A DNA stretch of 64,000 nt, taken from assembly GCA_023251935.1 (NCBI GenBank), contig JAHEXV010000002.1, positions 18,720 through 82,719 of the forward strand, written 5' to 3'. The position numbers and the translations under genes were made by a program. Position 1 is the stretch's first letter. Every line of letters begins with the position of its first letter. The DNA comes from a bacterium. Lineage in GTDB: Bacteria > Actinomycetota > Thermoleophilia > Solirubrobacterales > 70-9. This document shows positions 45,056 through 53,203 of the stretch, in pieces. The notes below the pieces were generated by a model. It saw only the letters and a program-made list of their open reading frames with translations. It was not told the origin of the DNA and searched no databases.

Positions 45056-46099
45056 ATGGTTGAGTCTCGCGGCACGGTCCTGGTGAGTGGTGGCTCCGGC
45101 TTCCTCGGCGGTTGGTGCGTGGTCGAGCTCCTGCGCCGCGGCTACACGGTGAGAACGACGGTCCGGAGCCTCTCTCGAGAGCCGGAGGTGCGCGCCGCGG
45201 TCGGTTCCGAGGTCGACCCCGGCGACCGGCTGGCGGTGCTCGCCGCGGACCTGACGAGCGACGAGGGTTGGGCCGAGGCGGCTCAGGGTTGCGACTACGT
45301 CCTGCACGTCGCCTCTCCGTTCCCTCCCAAGCAGCCAAGCGACCCTGACGAGCTGATCATTCCCGCGCGGGAGGGGACCCTGCGGGTCCTGCGGGCGGGG
45401 CTGGACGCCGGGGTCAAGCGGGTCGTCGTCACCTCCTCGGTGGCGGCGATCAGGCTCAGCGAGGCCGCGGCGGCCAGGCCGCTCGACGAGGGCGACTGGA
45501 CGGACCCCGACAGCCCGGGGCTGACGCCCTACGTCCGCTCGAAGACGATCGCCGAGCGGGCGGCCTGGGATCTGGTGCGCGAACGTGGTGAGGAAGACCG
45601 CCTCTCGGTGGTCAACCCCGGCGCCATCATCGGACCGGTGCTGAACGACGATCTCTCTTACTCCCTGCAGGCCGTCCAGCGGCTGTTGGGGGGCACCCCC
45701 GGGGTGCCAAGGCTGGGCTTCAGCCTGGTCGACGTCCGGGACGTCGCCGATCTCGAGATCAAGGCGATGACGACGCCCGAGGCGGGAGGAGAGCGCTTCA
45801 TTGCCGCCACCCAGTTCCTCTGGATGGCCGAGATCGGCGAGATCCTCCGCGAGCGCCTCGGGGAGGCCGCCTCGAAGGTGCCCACCCGGACGGTCCCGAA
45901 TCTGCTGGTCCGGGGCATGGCCCTGTTCGACCCGGGCATTCGCTCCGTCGTCGGGGGGCTCGGCAAGCGAACCGAGCTCTCGTCGGAGAAGGCCAAGCGC
46001 TCGCTCGGCTGGGCGCCCCGCCCGATCGAGGACACGATCGCCGAAACGGGCCAGAGCCTGATCCGCCACGGTGTGGTCGCCGTCCCCGCGACCGCCTAG
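45056..46099 (+). CDS. NAD-dependent epimerase/dehydratase-family SDR (aldehyde/dihydroflavonol-reductase-like)
   Basis: VLVSGGSGFLGGW, HVASP and YVRSKTIAE (YxxxK). Start trimmed to ATG 45056. Confidence 0.85.
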   Translation: MVESRGTVLVSGGSGFLGGWCVVELLRRGYTVRTTVRSLSREPEVRAAVGSEVDPGDRLAVLAADLTSDEGWAEAAQGCDYVLHVASPFPPKQPSDPDELIIPAREGTLRVLRAGLDAGVKRVVVTSSVAAIRLSEAAAARPLDEGDWTDPDSPGLTPYVRSKTIAERAAWDLVRERGEEDRLSVVNPGAIIGPVLNDDLSYSLQAVQRLLGGTPGVPRLGFSLVDVRDVADLEIKAMTTPEAGGERFIAATQFLWMAEIGEILRERLGEAASKVPTRTVPNLLVRGMALFDPGIRSVVGGLGKRTELSSEKAKRSLGWAPRPIEDTIAETGQSLIRHGVVAVPATA

Positions 46100-46107
46100 C
46101 GATCGAT

Positions 46108-46153
46108 GCCATGGGCCGTGAAGGACTCGAACCTTCAACCTTGAGATTAAGAG
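46108..46153 (-). repeat. Partial tRNA-Lys copy (3' half from anticodon loop to 3' end plus 4 nt): distal att-like repeat
   Basis: 46 of 46 nt identical to 48203-48248. It covers tRNA positions about 32-73 only, with no 5' half, so it is not a functional tRNA. Confidence 0.9.
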
Positions 46154-46629
46154 GCTGGCTCGGGGGTTGCGGCCCTTTGCGGCTGGTCGCCGTATCCCGC
46201 ATCGTTCAGCCGATCCTCGCCTGCGGAACCGTCCAGCGATTTGCGGCTGTTCGTGGGTGGTGTGTTGCCCATCTGTTGCCCACCAGCTCTAGCCAGCTCC
46301 AGCCTCTGGCGCACCTTCACCACGGCCGGCACCGACGTCCTGATCGCGCGCGCGATCTCGGTATCCGATCGCTTCGGATCCCGGCCGACCTCGAACTCGA
46401 TCAGTGCGGCCGTCCTGATCTGCGCGCGGCGCTGAACTGTTGTGCCGGAGGGGGCGGCGTCCACTCCGGCCTCGGCGGCCAGCTCGCGGCGGCAGGCGAG
46501 GCAGTAGACCTCACCGCAGTCCTCGGCCCACGCCGGTGGCCGCTCAAGATGCTCGTACCCAGGCATCCAGCGCACCGTCACCTGGCAGCGAGAGCAGGTC
46601 CAGCGCGCTTTGAATGCTTGATCGGCCAT
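46147..46629 (-). CDS. Zinc-ribbon + helix-turn-helix protein (island cargo)
   Basis: CSRC...CLAC four-Cys N-terminus, then an HTH-like segment SDTEIARAIRTSVPAVVKVRQRL. Good G/C3 in the first roughly 110 codons, poorer in the tail. The TAA stop lies inside the att repeat. Confidence 0.55.
   Translation of the reverse strand: MADQAFKARWTCSRCQVTVRWMPGYEHLERPPAWAEDCGEVYCLACRRELAAEAGVDAAPSGTTVQRRAQIRTAALIEFEVGRDPKRSDTEIARAIRTSVPAVVKVRQRLELARAGGQQMGNTPPTNSRKSLDGSAGEDRLNDAGYGDQPQRAATPEPAS
46202..46284. repeat. 83-bp direct repeat, copy 1
   Basis: TCGTTCAGCCGATCCTCGCCTGCGG...CCCATCTGTTGCCCACC aligns without gaps to 46674-46756 at about 85% identity by hand. Confidence 0.75.
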
Positions 46630-46673
46630 AGGCTTGTGAGATTGCGCACAACCCAGATTACCGGGCAGTGCAC

Positions 46674-46756
46674 TCGTTCAGCCGATCCTCGCCTACGGGA
46701 CCGCGCGGCGATTGGGGGTTGATCCTGGGTGGCGTGTCGCCCATCTGTTGCCCACC
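46674..46756. repeat. 83-bp direct repeat, copy 2
   Basis: See copy 1. It is preceded at 46624-46647 by GGCCATAGGCTTGTGAGATTGCGC, which loosely resembles a decayed copy of the att/tRNA fragment. Confidence 0.75.
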
Positions 46757-46936
46757 TCGTTCGGGGCGATGGCTCTCTCGCGGCGAGCGAGAGAAAGACG
46801 CTGCCAATCCGCCCGAAACCGCTCCCGCTTTCACGCGGAACCGGGAGCGAAGCCGAGTATCGGACGGGAGTCCGTCGGAATCGCGCTCAGGCCGAGTGCA
46901 GGGATAGTGCCGAGACGGTCGAGTAGGTTTGCGCCC

Positions 46937-48013
46937 GTGAGACCGTCCGAGGCTGAGGCCCCATGGCGCGAGAAGGTAGCGGCCGCCTATCCAGACCCGG
47001 CGCTGTTCGCTCGGTCCGGAATCGAACAACTTCGCGCGTCCTTGGACGGGAGGGGCCCGAAGCCGCCGATCGGGCACCTGACCGGAATGGGTTTGACCGA
47101 TATCGGTCTCGGCACCGCAGCCTTCTCGATGCCCGCAAGCAGCTGGTTGCTCAGCCCGCAGGGCCTAATTTCGGTGGGCACCCTCGCGATCCTCGCCGAT
47201 GGACCGCTGGGCTGCGCGGTCCAAAGCGCGCTCCCACCCGCAACCGGATATGCCACGTCGGAGCTGTCGCTTCGGGTGTTGAGGCCAGTGCGCGCTGGAG
47301 GCACCCTCGTAGCGCGCGCCTCCCTGGTGCACGCGAGTCGGTCGCTCGCGCTGTCACACGTCCAGATCGTGGACGACGACGGCCGTCTTCTTGCCGACGG
47401 CAGTTCGCTGTGCTTCGTCATGCCCCCGAGCCCGTCAAGCTCCCCGCAGCCGGCGGCGCCTCCAGCGGTGGTGCCCGACGAACACAATGAACACGACCCC
47501 TTTGAACGCCCGGAGCTCGGCGAGGTCATCGGGCAGGAAGTGTGGGACCGGATGAGTGGCTTGGAGGTCTTGCGAATGCAGCTCGCCGGCGATCTGCCCC
47601 GCCCGCCGATCCACTTTCTGACCGGCGCGGGGCCCGTGGAAGTCGGTGAAGGCCTGGCTGATTTCTCGATGCCCTGTCACGAATGGCTGTGCAGTCCGTT
47701 GCGCACCGTGGAGGGCGGGACAATTGCGATGCTCGCTGATGATGCGCTCAGCTCCGCGATCCAGACCACGGTGCCGCCGGGGGCCGCGTTCGGGTCGATT
47801 GACCTCAAGGTGAACTTCCTGCGCCCCGTGCAGCCCGATGGCCGCGAGCTTCTCGCTCGGGGGCGCGTTCGGCACGCCGGACGCACGCTTGCGGTTGCCG
47901 AATCCGAGGTCGTCAACGCCGATGGAAAGACCGTTGCGTTCGCCACGGGATCGGCGATGATCCTTCCCGACCGTCCAGCGGCGCTCCGCGACTTGCCAGA
48001 AGCAAGCAAGTAG
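46937..48013 (+). CDS. Tandem double hotdog-fold (PaaI-type) thioesterase
   Basis: Two PaaI-like units: PIGHLTGMGL...GTAAFSMPASSWL...HASRSLALSHVQIVDDDGRLLADGSSLCFVM, and PIHFLTGAGP...GLADFSMPCHEWL...HAGRTLAVAESEVVNADGKTVAFATGSAMIL. Start set to GTG 46937 (GAGTAGG upstream); the track start 46712 runs through repeat copy 2. Confidence 0.72.
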   Translation: MRPSEAEAPWREKVAAAYPDPALFARSGIEQLRASLDGRGPKPPIGHLTGMGLTDIGLGTAAFSMPASSWLLSPQGLISVGTLAILADGPLGCAVQSALPPATGYATSELSLRVLRPVRAGGTLVARASLVHASRSLALSHVQIVDDDGRLLADGSSLCFVMPPSPSSSPQPAAPPAVVPDEHNEHDPFERPELGEVIGQEVWDRMSGLEVLRMQLAGDLPRPPIHFLTGAGPVEVGEGLADFSMPCHEWLCSPLRTVEGGTIAMLADDALSSAIQTTVPPGAAFGSIDLKVNFLRPVQPDGRELLARGRVRHAGRTLAVAESEVVNADGKTVAFATGSAMILPDRPAALRDLPEASK

Positions 48014-48162
48014 CGCCATCGAGCCAGCGAGAATCAAACCCTCGACTTGATCTTTGCGATCGCTGCCCGCTTTGCGGGAGAAGCGGCACGCGCCGCGGCG
48101 ATGACACTCTCGAGCCCCGGCATTCGCGGCCGTGCGCTTCCCAATCCGTTGCCCACCGACGC

Positions 48163-48190
48163 AAAACGCCGTCCCGCAGGACGGCGTTTT
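48163..48190. terminator. Bidirectional intrinsic terminator
   Basis: AAAACGCCGTCC-cgca-GGACGGCGTTTT: a 12-bp stem flanked by A4/T4. It lies between the hotdog gene and the 3' end of tRNA-Lys. Confidence 0.7.
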
Positions 48191-48206
48191 CCGCTTGCCT
48201 AAGCCA

Positions 48207-48279
48207 TGGGCCGTGAAGGACTCGAACCTTCAACCTTGAGATTAAGAGTCTCCTGCTCTACCAGTTGAGCTAACGGCCC
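48207..48279 (-). tRNA. tRNA-Lys (CTT)
   Basis: The reverse complement is GGGCCGTTAGCTCAACTGGTAGAGCAGGAGACTCTTAATCTCAAGGTTGAAGGTTCGAGTCCTTCACGGCCCA. Acceptor GGGCCGT/ACGGCCC, T-arm GAAGG-TTCGAGT-CCTTC, anticodon loop CTCTTAA. One G-A mismatch at pair 27-43. Confidence 0.92.
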
Positions 48280-48320
48280 GCGGGGGCGGATGGTAGCGAG
48301 GGGGCGGGGAGCGTCTGGCC

Positions 48321-49082
48321 CTACGGCGTCGCTCCGGGGGCCGCGAACGGGCTCTGCAACGGGGTGGTCCCCGACGAGGGGTTCTTCTGCGCGTTCTTCT
48401 GCGCCTTCGCCTGCTTCTTCTTGGCCTTCACCGCCTGCTCGCGGATCTGATTGAGCTGGGTCTGGAGCTGCTTGCGCTGGGCCTTGGGCGCCAGGCTCAG
48501 CGCCTTCTTGGTCGCCGCGTCACCCCCCGCGATATCGCCCGCGAAATACAGATAGAGGGCGAGGTTGCCGTAGGAGTTCTGGCTCGGCGTCTGCTCGGCG
48601 ACGATCTGCTGCGCCTTGGCGGCGCCGGCGGCGTCGTTCAGCAGGCCGTAGACCTGGACCATCTCGGCCGCGACCCCGGCGTCGGGAGCGCCTTTGTTGA
48701 ACTTCAGGTAGTTCGCCCAGGCGTCGGCCGACTGGCCGAGGTCGGTGTGGGCATCGTCGCTGATCCCGGTGATCTGTCCGGTGGTCGGATCCTGCTCGAC
48801 GCCGGTCTTGGCCTTGAACCAATCGTTCTCGGCCAGCTTCAGGAGTGCCGCGGTGTCCTTGGGGTCCTTCTTCAGCTGAGCGTTGGCGCTGTCGATCTGA
48901 TCGTCGAACTGGGTGCTGGTCGAACCACCGCCACCGCCACCGCCCAGCAGGTCCGAGATGCTGCCGATCCCCCCGCCGGTCCCGACGCCGAAGAACACGA
49001 AGCCGATCAGGAACGAGGCCGCGAGCAGCCCGTAGACCACTTGGACCACCCGCCGGCGCTTGCCCCGAAGGTCGAAGAGCAC
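48321..49082 (-). CDS. Membrane-anchored TPR-like protein with Lys-rich tail (last gene of the tat string)
   Basis: N-terminal TM (VVYGLLAASFLIGFVFFGV), a Gly run, helical repeats and a KKKQAKAQKNAQK tail. Starts 9 nt after the tatC stop. Confidence 0.6.
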   Translation of the reverse strand: MLFDLRGKRRRVVQVVYGLLAASFLIGFVFFGVGTGGGIGSISDLLGGGGGGGSTSTQFDDQIDSANAQLKKDPKDTAALLKLAENDWFKAKTGVEQDPTTGQITGISDDAHTDLGQSADAWANYLKFNKGAPDAGVAAEMVQVYGLLNDAAGAAKAQQIVAEQTPSQNSYGNLALYLYFAGDIAGGDAATKKALSLAPKAQRKQLQTQLNQIREQAVKAKKKQAKAQKNAQKNPSSGTTPLQSPFAAPGATP

Positions 49083-49091
49083 CGCGGGAGC

Positions 49092-49868
49092 CTAGCTTGC
49101 CGGACTGGCGGGCGGCTCGGGCTCGGGCGCCGTCGCGGGCTCGGCCGGCCCGCCCACCACCCGGGAGAGGATCAGAGAGAGCTCGAACAGCGCCAAGAGC
49201 GGCGCCAGCTCGATCAGCATCGTCACCGGGTCGGTACCGGGCAGCAGCATGGCGACGACCGCCAGCCCCAGATACGCGTAGCGGCGGTTGTGAGAGAGCT
49301 GCTCCGGGGTGACGATCCCAAGCCGGGTCAGGGCCACGATCCCGATCGGGATCTGAAACACGAGCCCGAGCGCGATCAGGGTGGTGATCAGGAAGCTGTA
49401 GTACTTGGTCGCCTGCAGCTGGATGTTGAACTCGCTCTGGTTGAAGTGGACCAGGAACTTGAGCGCCGCCGGGACGACTATGAAGTAGGAGAACGCAACC
49501 CCACCCAGGAACAACAGCGGAATGAGAAACACAAACGGCATCACGAGACGCCTCTCAGTCGGCTTCAACGCCGGGAGCAGGAAGGCGTAGGCCTGGTAGA
49601 GCAGCACCGGGAGGGAGATCAGGATCCCGGCGTAGATCGAGATCTTCAGGGTAGTCATGAACGGCTCCGTGACGCTGAGGGTGATCGGCTTCGTGTGCGG
49701 GGGCAGCGGCTTGTTGGCGATCTCAAGAAGCAGGTGGTTCTGCCAGAAGCAGAGCCCGCAGGCGACCACCAGCACCGCCACCGAGACGATGATCCGGTTG
49801 CGAAGCTCGTCGAGATGCTCGACCAGCGTCAGCTGCTCGTCGAACTTGGCGGCCTTCATCCGAGGCAC
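49092..49868 (-). CDS. tatC: Twin-arginine translocase subunit TatC
   Basis: LTLVEHLDELRNRIIVS and six hydrophobic segments. 258 aa. ATG at 49859 is an alternative start. Confidence 0.92.
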   Translation of the reverse strand: MPRMKAAKFDEQLTLVEHLDELRNRIIVSVAVLVVACGLCFWQNHLLLEIANKPLPPHTKPITLSVTEPFMTTLKISIYAGILISLPVLLYQAYAFLLPALKPTERRLVMPFVFLIPLLFLGGVAFSYFIVVPAALKFLVHFNQSEFNIQLQATKYYSFLITTLIALGLVFQIPIGIVALTRLGIVTPEQLSHNRRYAYLGLAVVAMLLPGTDPVTMLIELAPLLALFELSLILSRVVGGPAEPATAPEPEPPASPAS

Positions 49869-49916
49869 GGCTAGGCGCGCACCTCCCGGGCGTGCGCGGG
49901 CGGGCGGGCGCTCATC

Positions 49917-50159
49917 TCAGGGGCGGTGTTCGGTTACGACCTCGCCCTCGACCGGCTCAGAGGGCTTCTCCGCGCCCTCGATCTGGGCGGGCTTCGGCGC
50001 CGGCTCCTCTTCGTTGTCGTCGCCCGAGATCGAGGACCGGAACTCACGGATCCCCTTGCCCACCGAGCGCCCCAGCTCCGGCAGGCGCTTCGGACCGAAG
50101 ATGATCAGGGCGATCACCAGGACGACCAGGATCTCCGGAAGGCCGATATTTCCAGGCAT
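49917..50159 (-). CDS. tatA: Twin-arginine translocase subunit TatA/E
   Basis: MPGNIGLPEILVVLVIALIIFGPKRLPELGRSVGKGIREF. Start trimmed to ATG 50157-50159. Confidence 0.88.
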   Translation of the reverse strand: MPGNIGLPEILVVLVIALIIFGPKRLPELGRSVGKGIREFRSSISGDDNEEEPAPKPAQIEGAEKPSEPVEGEVVTEHRP

Positions 50160-50222
50160 GCCGGCAATGGTACGCCAATTGCCCGCCCGCTCCGGCAAGA
50201 CCGGCTTCGGCCGTGGCCGTGG

Positions 50223-50789
50223 CTAGCGCTCGAAGTTGAGGTAGAAGCGGCTCGGCGTCGGCTCCGCCTGACCCTGGTACTTGCTGCTCGTCTCCCGCGA
50301 CCCGTAGGGGCGCTCGACCGGCGCATCCATCCGCATGAACGAGATCTGGCCGATCGGCATCCCGTAGTAGATCGTCACCGGCAGGTTGGCCACGTTCGAG
50401 AGCTCGAGCGTCAGGTTGCCCTCGAAGCCGGCGTCCACGAACCCGGCGGTGCTGTGGATCAGGAGCCCCAGCCGCCCCAGCGAGCTCTTGCCCTCGAGCC
50501 GGGCGACGATGTCGTCGGGCAGCCGGACCCGCTCGAGCGTCTGGCCGAGCACGAATTCGCCCGGATGCAGGATGAACGGATCGCCGTCCTCGACCTCCAC
50601 CGGCTCGGTCAGCCCCTCCATCGGCTGGCGCACGTCGATGAACGGGTAGCGCGCGTTGTGGAACACCCGAAAGCGGCGGTCCACCCGCACGTCGACGCTC
50701 GAGGGCTGGATCATCCCCGCGTCGAACGGATCAAGGGCGATCCGGCCGGCCTCGATCTCCGCCCTGATCGTGCGGTCGCTGAGCACCAT
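50223..50789 (-). CDS. dcd: dCTP deaminase
   Basis: [22 protein letters not shown]...[21 protein letters not shown]. 188 aa. Confidence 0.92.
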   Translation of the reverse strand: MVLSDRTIRAEIEAGRIALDPFDAGMIQPSSVDVRVDRRFRVFHNARYPFIDVRQPMEGLTEPVEVEDGDPFILHPGEFVLGQTLERVRLPDDIVARLEGKSSLGRLGLLIHSTAGFVDAGFEGNLTLELSNVANLPVTIYYGMPIGQISFMRMDAPVERPYGSRETSSKYQGQAEPTPSRFYLNFER

Positions 50790-50908
50790 GCGGCTGAGTG
50801 TATTCCCGCGCCACGCGGTCGCCGTGGGCTGGCCCTGCCATGACCCAGGTCACGCCTGTGGTCCGCAACCTAAAGCATCCGGGGCGCGCCGCCGATAGAC
50901 GATCCGAA

Positions 50909-51313
50909 ATGGCAGAGCGGCAGACAGCGAGGCGCGACCGAGACCCCCGGCCCCCGCTCGAGCGAAGGCTGGAGCCGAGCATCTTCGAGGCACGGCTGAC
51001 GAGCACCACGCCACGGCGCGAGGACGACCTGCACGTCTGCCCTTCCTGCAACTCGGATCTGGTCTACCCCACCGACTGGGCCCCGGCGAGCGAGCGCCAG
51101 TGGCACGTGGCGCTTCGCTGCCCCGAATGCGAGTGGACCGGCGGCGGCTGCTATCGCCAGGAGGTCGTCGATCGCCTCGACGAGGCGCTCGATCGAGGCA
51201 CCGAGTCGGTGCTCGACGACCTGAACGTGCTGGTTCGCGCCAACATGGAGGACCAGATCGAGCGCTTCGCGGCGGCGCTCTACGCGGACCAGATCCTCCC
51301 GGAAGACTTCTAG
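50909..51313 (+). CDS. Zinc-ribbon protein, unknown function
   Basis: CPSC-x22-CPEC four-Cys pattern followed by an acidic helical region. Start trimmed to ATG 50909. Confidence 0.55.
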   Translation: MAERQTARRDRDPRPPLERRLEPSIFEARLTSTTPRREDDLHVCPSCNSDLVYPTDWAPASERQWHVALRCPECEWTGGGCYRQEVVDRLDEALDRGTESVLDDLNVLVRANMEDQIERFAAALYADQILPEDF

Positions 51314-51331
51314 GCCAGCCAGGCCAGGGCG

Positions 51332-52315
51332 CTAGGAATAGCGCTCGACGATTCCCTCGGCGACCAGCTCCAGAAGCTGGCGCCGCCCCGGCTCGAGCGC
51401 CCGCCGCAGCTCGAGCGCCCGCTTCGCCAGCTCGACGCGACGGCGGGCGCCGTCGCGGACCTCCTCGAGCACCCCGGTGGCGGCGATCCGCTCGCAGATC
51501 GCCTCGGCCCCGGCGGCGTCGAGCGATCGCAGGTCGAGCTCGGCCAGCGAGTCGTCGCGCTGGCGCGCGAGGATCAACGGCAGGGTCACCGTGCCGTCGA
51601 GCAGATCGGTGCCGCGGGCCTTTCCGGTCCGCTCCTGTGGCCCGGCGACATCCAGCACATCGTCGAGCAGCTGGAAGGCGAGCCCGATCTCGCGTCCAAA
51701 GGTCTTCAAGGCCTCGATCCGGGCGCCGGCAGGCTCGGATTGGGCGATCAGGCAGGCGCACTCGAACAGGCGCGCCGTCTTCAGCTCGCAGCGCCTCAGG
51801 TAGCGGTCGGCCGAGATCCCGAGGTCGAAGGCGTCGCGCCGTTGCGCGAGCTCGCCGAGGGCGAGGGCGACCGACGCACCGGAGAGGAGCTCTACCTGTC
51901 GGGCGTCTCCGTCGGCGCCGAGTTCCGCAAACGCCCGCGAGAACAGCAGGTCCCCGACGGCCACCGCCCGGTGGCGCCCCGAGCGGGCCACCACGGTCGG
52001 CCTCCCTCGCCGCAGGGGCGCGGCGTCGAGGACGTCGTCGTGGACGAGGGAGGCCATGTGGACGAGCTCGATCGCGGTCGCGGCGCGAATCGCCGCCTCG
52101 CCCGCCGCTGGCCCGGCGCTCAACAGGACGAGCATCGGGCGAAGTCGCTTGCCGCCAGCCTCGAGCGTCGACCCGGCGTCCGCGGCCAGCACCTCGCCGT
52201 GGCCCTCGATCAGCCGCCGCAGGCGCTCCTCGACCGCCTCGATTCGAGCCGGCAGCCAGGCGTCGGCGGCCTCAAGGACCGCGGTCACCGGGGGTGGGAC
52301 GGCGGAGCGGTTCAC
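51332..52315 (-). CDS. hepT: Long-chain polyprenyl (hepta/octaprenyl) diphosphate synthase
   Basis: First DDxxD region MASLVHDDVLD and second FQLLDDVLD. 327 aa. GTG start. Confidence 0.88.
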   Translation of the reverse strand: MNRSAVPPPVTAVLEAADAWLPARIEAVEERLRRLIEGHGEVLAADAGSTLEAGGKRLRPMLVLLSAGPAAGEAAIRAATAIELVHMASLVHDDVLDAAPLRRGRPTVVARSGRHRAVAVGDLLFSRAFAELGADGDARQVELLSGASVALALGELAQRRDAFDLGISADRYLRRCELKTARLFECACLIAQSEPAGARIEALKTFGREIGLAFQLLDDVLDVAGPQERTGKARGTDLLDGTVTLPLILARQRDDSLAELDLRSLDAAGAEAICERIAATGVLEEVRDGARRRVELAKRALELRRALEPGRRQLLELVAEGIVERYS

Positions 52316-52364
52316 GTCTGGGGCTGGATCGGGCTCACGCCGACTCGCCTCTCGGGCCCGGCGC

Positions 52365-53045
52365 TCAGAGGGGCCTCGCCCCGGAATGGATGGCGATGAT
52401 CCCGCCGGCGAGGACGGTGTAGCCGATCCGCTCCAATCCGCTCGCCGCCATCAGCTCGGCCAGGCTCAGCGGCGAAGGGAAGCGCTTCACCGACTGCGGC
52501 AGATAAGCATAGGCGTCACTGTCGCCGGCGACCGCCCCGAGGACCGGCACGATCCGGTCGAACCACAGCGAGTAGAAAATCGACAGCGGGGGCCGGCGCG
52601 GCTGGGTGATCTCGAGGATGACCAAGCGGCCCCCCGGCCTCAAGACGCGGGCCAGCTCGGCCAGGCCGCGCTGGAGGTCGGCGAGGTTGCGGGCCCCGAA
52701 GCCGACCGTGACCGCGTCGAAGGCCCCGTCCGGATACGGGAGCTCCAGGGCGTCCGCCCATTCGAACCGCACCTGGCCGAGACCCCTCTCGGCCGCCTTG
52801 CGGCGGGCGTGCTCGAGCATCGGTTCCGAGAAGTCGCAGCCGACCACGGCGCCCTGCGGGCCCACCCGCCGGGCCAGCTCGAAGGCGAGGTCGCCGGTTC
52901 CGCAGCAGACATCGAGGGCGCTGTTCCCTGGCTCGAGCTCGGCTCGGTCGGCGGCTCGCTCGCGCCAGCGATGGTGCATGCCCGCGGTCATCGCCGTGTT
53001 CATCAGGTCGTAGACCCCGGCGATCCGGTCGAACATCGTCCGCAC
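52365..53045 (-). CDS. ubiE: Demethylmenaquinone/ubiquinone C-methyltransferase
   Basis: FDRIAGVYDLMN, SAM motif LDVCCGTGD, and FGARN. Confidence 0.9.
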   Translation of the reverse strand: MRTMFDRIAGVYDLMNTAMTAGMHHRWRERAADRAELEPGNSALDVCCGTGDLAFELARRVGPQGAVVGCDFSEPMLEHARRKAAERGLGQVRFEWADALELPYPDGAFDAVTVGFGARNLADLQRGLAELARVLRPGGRLVILEITQPRRPPLSIFYSLWFDRIVPVLGAVAGDSDAYAYLPQSVKRFPSPLSLAELMAASGLERIGYTVLAGGIIAIHSGARPL

Positions 53046-53203
53046 CTGGCTCGCGAACTCGGGCGATTCGCGTCTGGGAAGTCGCGTCTCGGTGGTCGTG
53101 ATTTGAAGCCTACGTCAGCGAAGCCGCGGCGCCAGCGTGGTGCAGAGAAATCGCCTTCGCTGATCGGGAGGGGCCCAAACCCCGCACGTTTGCGGCCGCC
53201 TGG

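Larger units (their letters stand above)
46108..48248. mobile_element. Remnant of an element integrated into tRNA-Lys(CTT); no integrase present
   Basis: Bounded by the 46-bp direct repeat that includes the tRNA 3' half. The interior is visibly less GC-rich and carries a Zn-ribbon/HTH ORF, an 83-bp internal direct repeat and a double-hotdog gene. Confidence 0.5.

Noticed and set aside
46658-47077. 139-aa minus-strand ORF covering repeat copy 2
   Set aside because: Only its last roughly 30 residues resemble the other copy, because the DNA is repeated. The rest is Arg/Pro/Ser-rich with no coding signature, and it overlaps the start region of the hotdog gene.
47913-48233. 106-aa ORF starting MKVRVLHGPW inside tRNA-Lys; the same start occurs in 43922..46138
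   Set aside because: The shared N-terminus is just the translated antisense of the duplicated tRNA fragment, and the ORF bodies are non-protein-like.
53046-53203. 158-bp gap between qcrC and ubiE examined for a riboswitch or sRNA
   Set aside because: I could read no convincing conserved-looking structure or known motif. It is probably just an internal promoter or terminator region.
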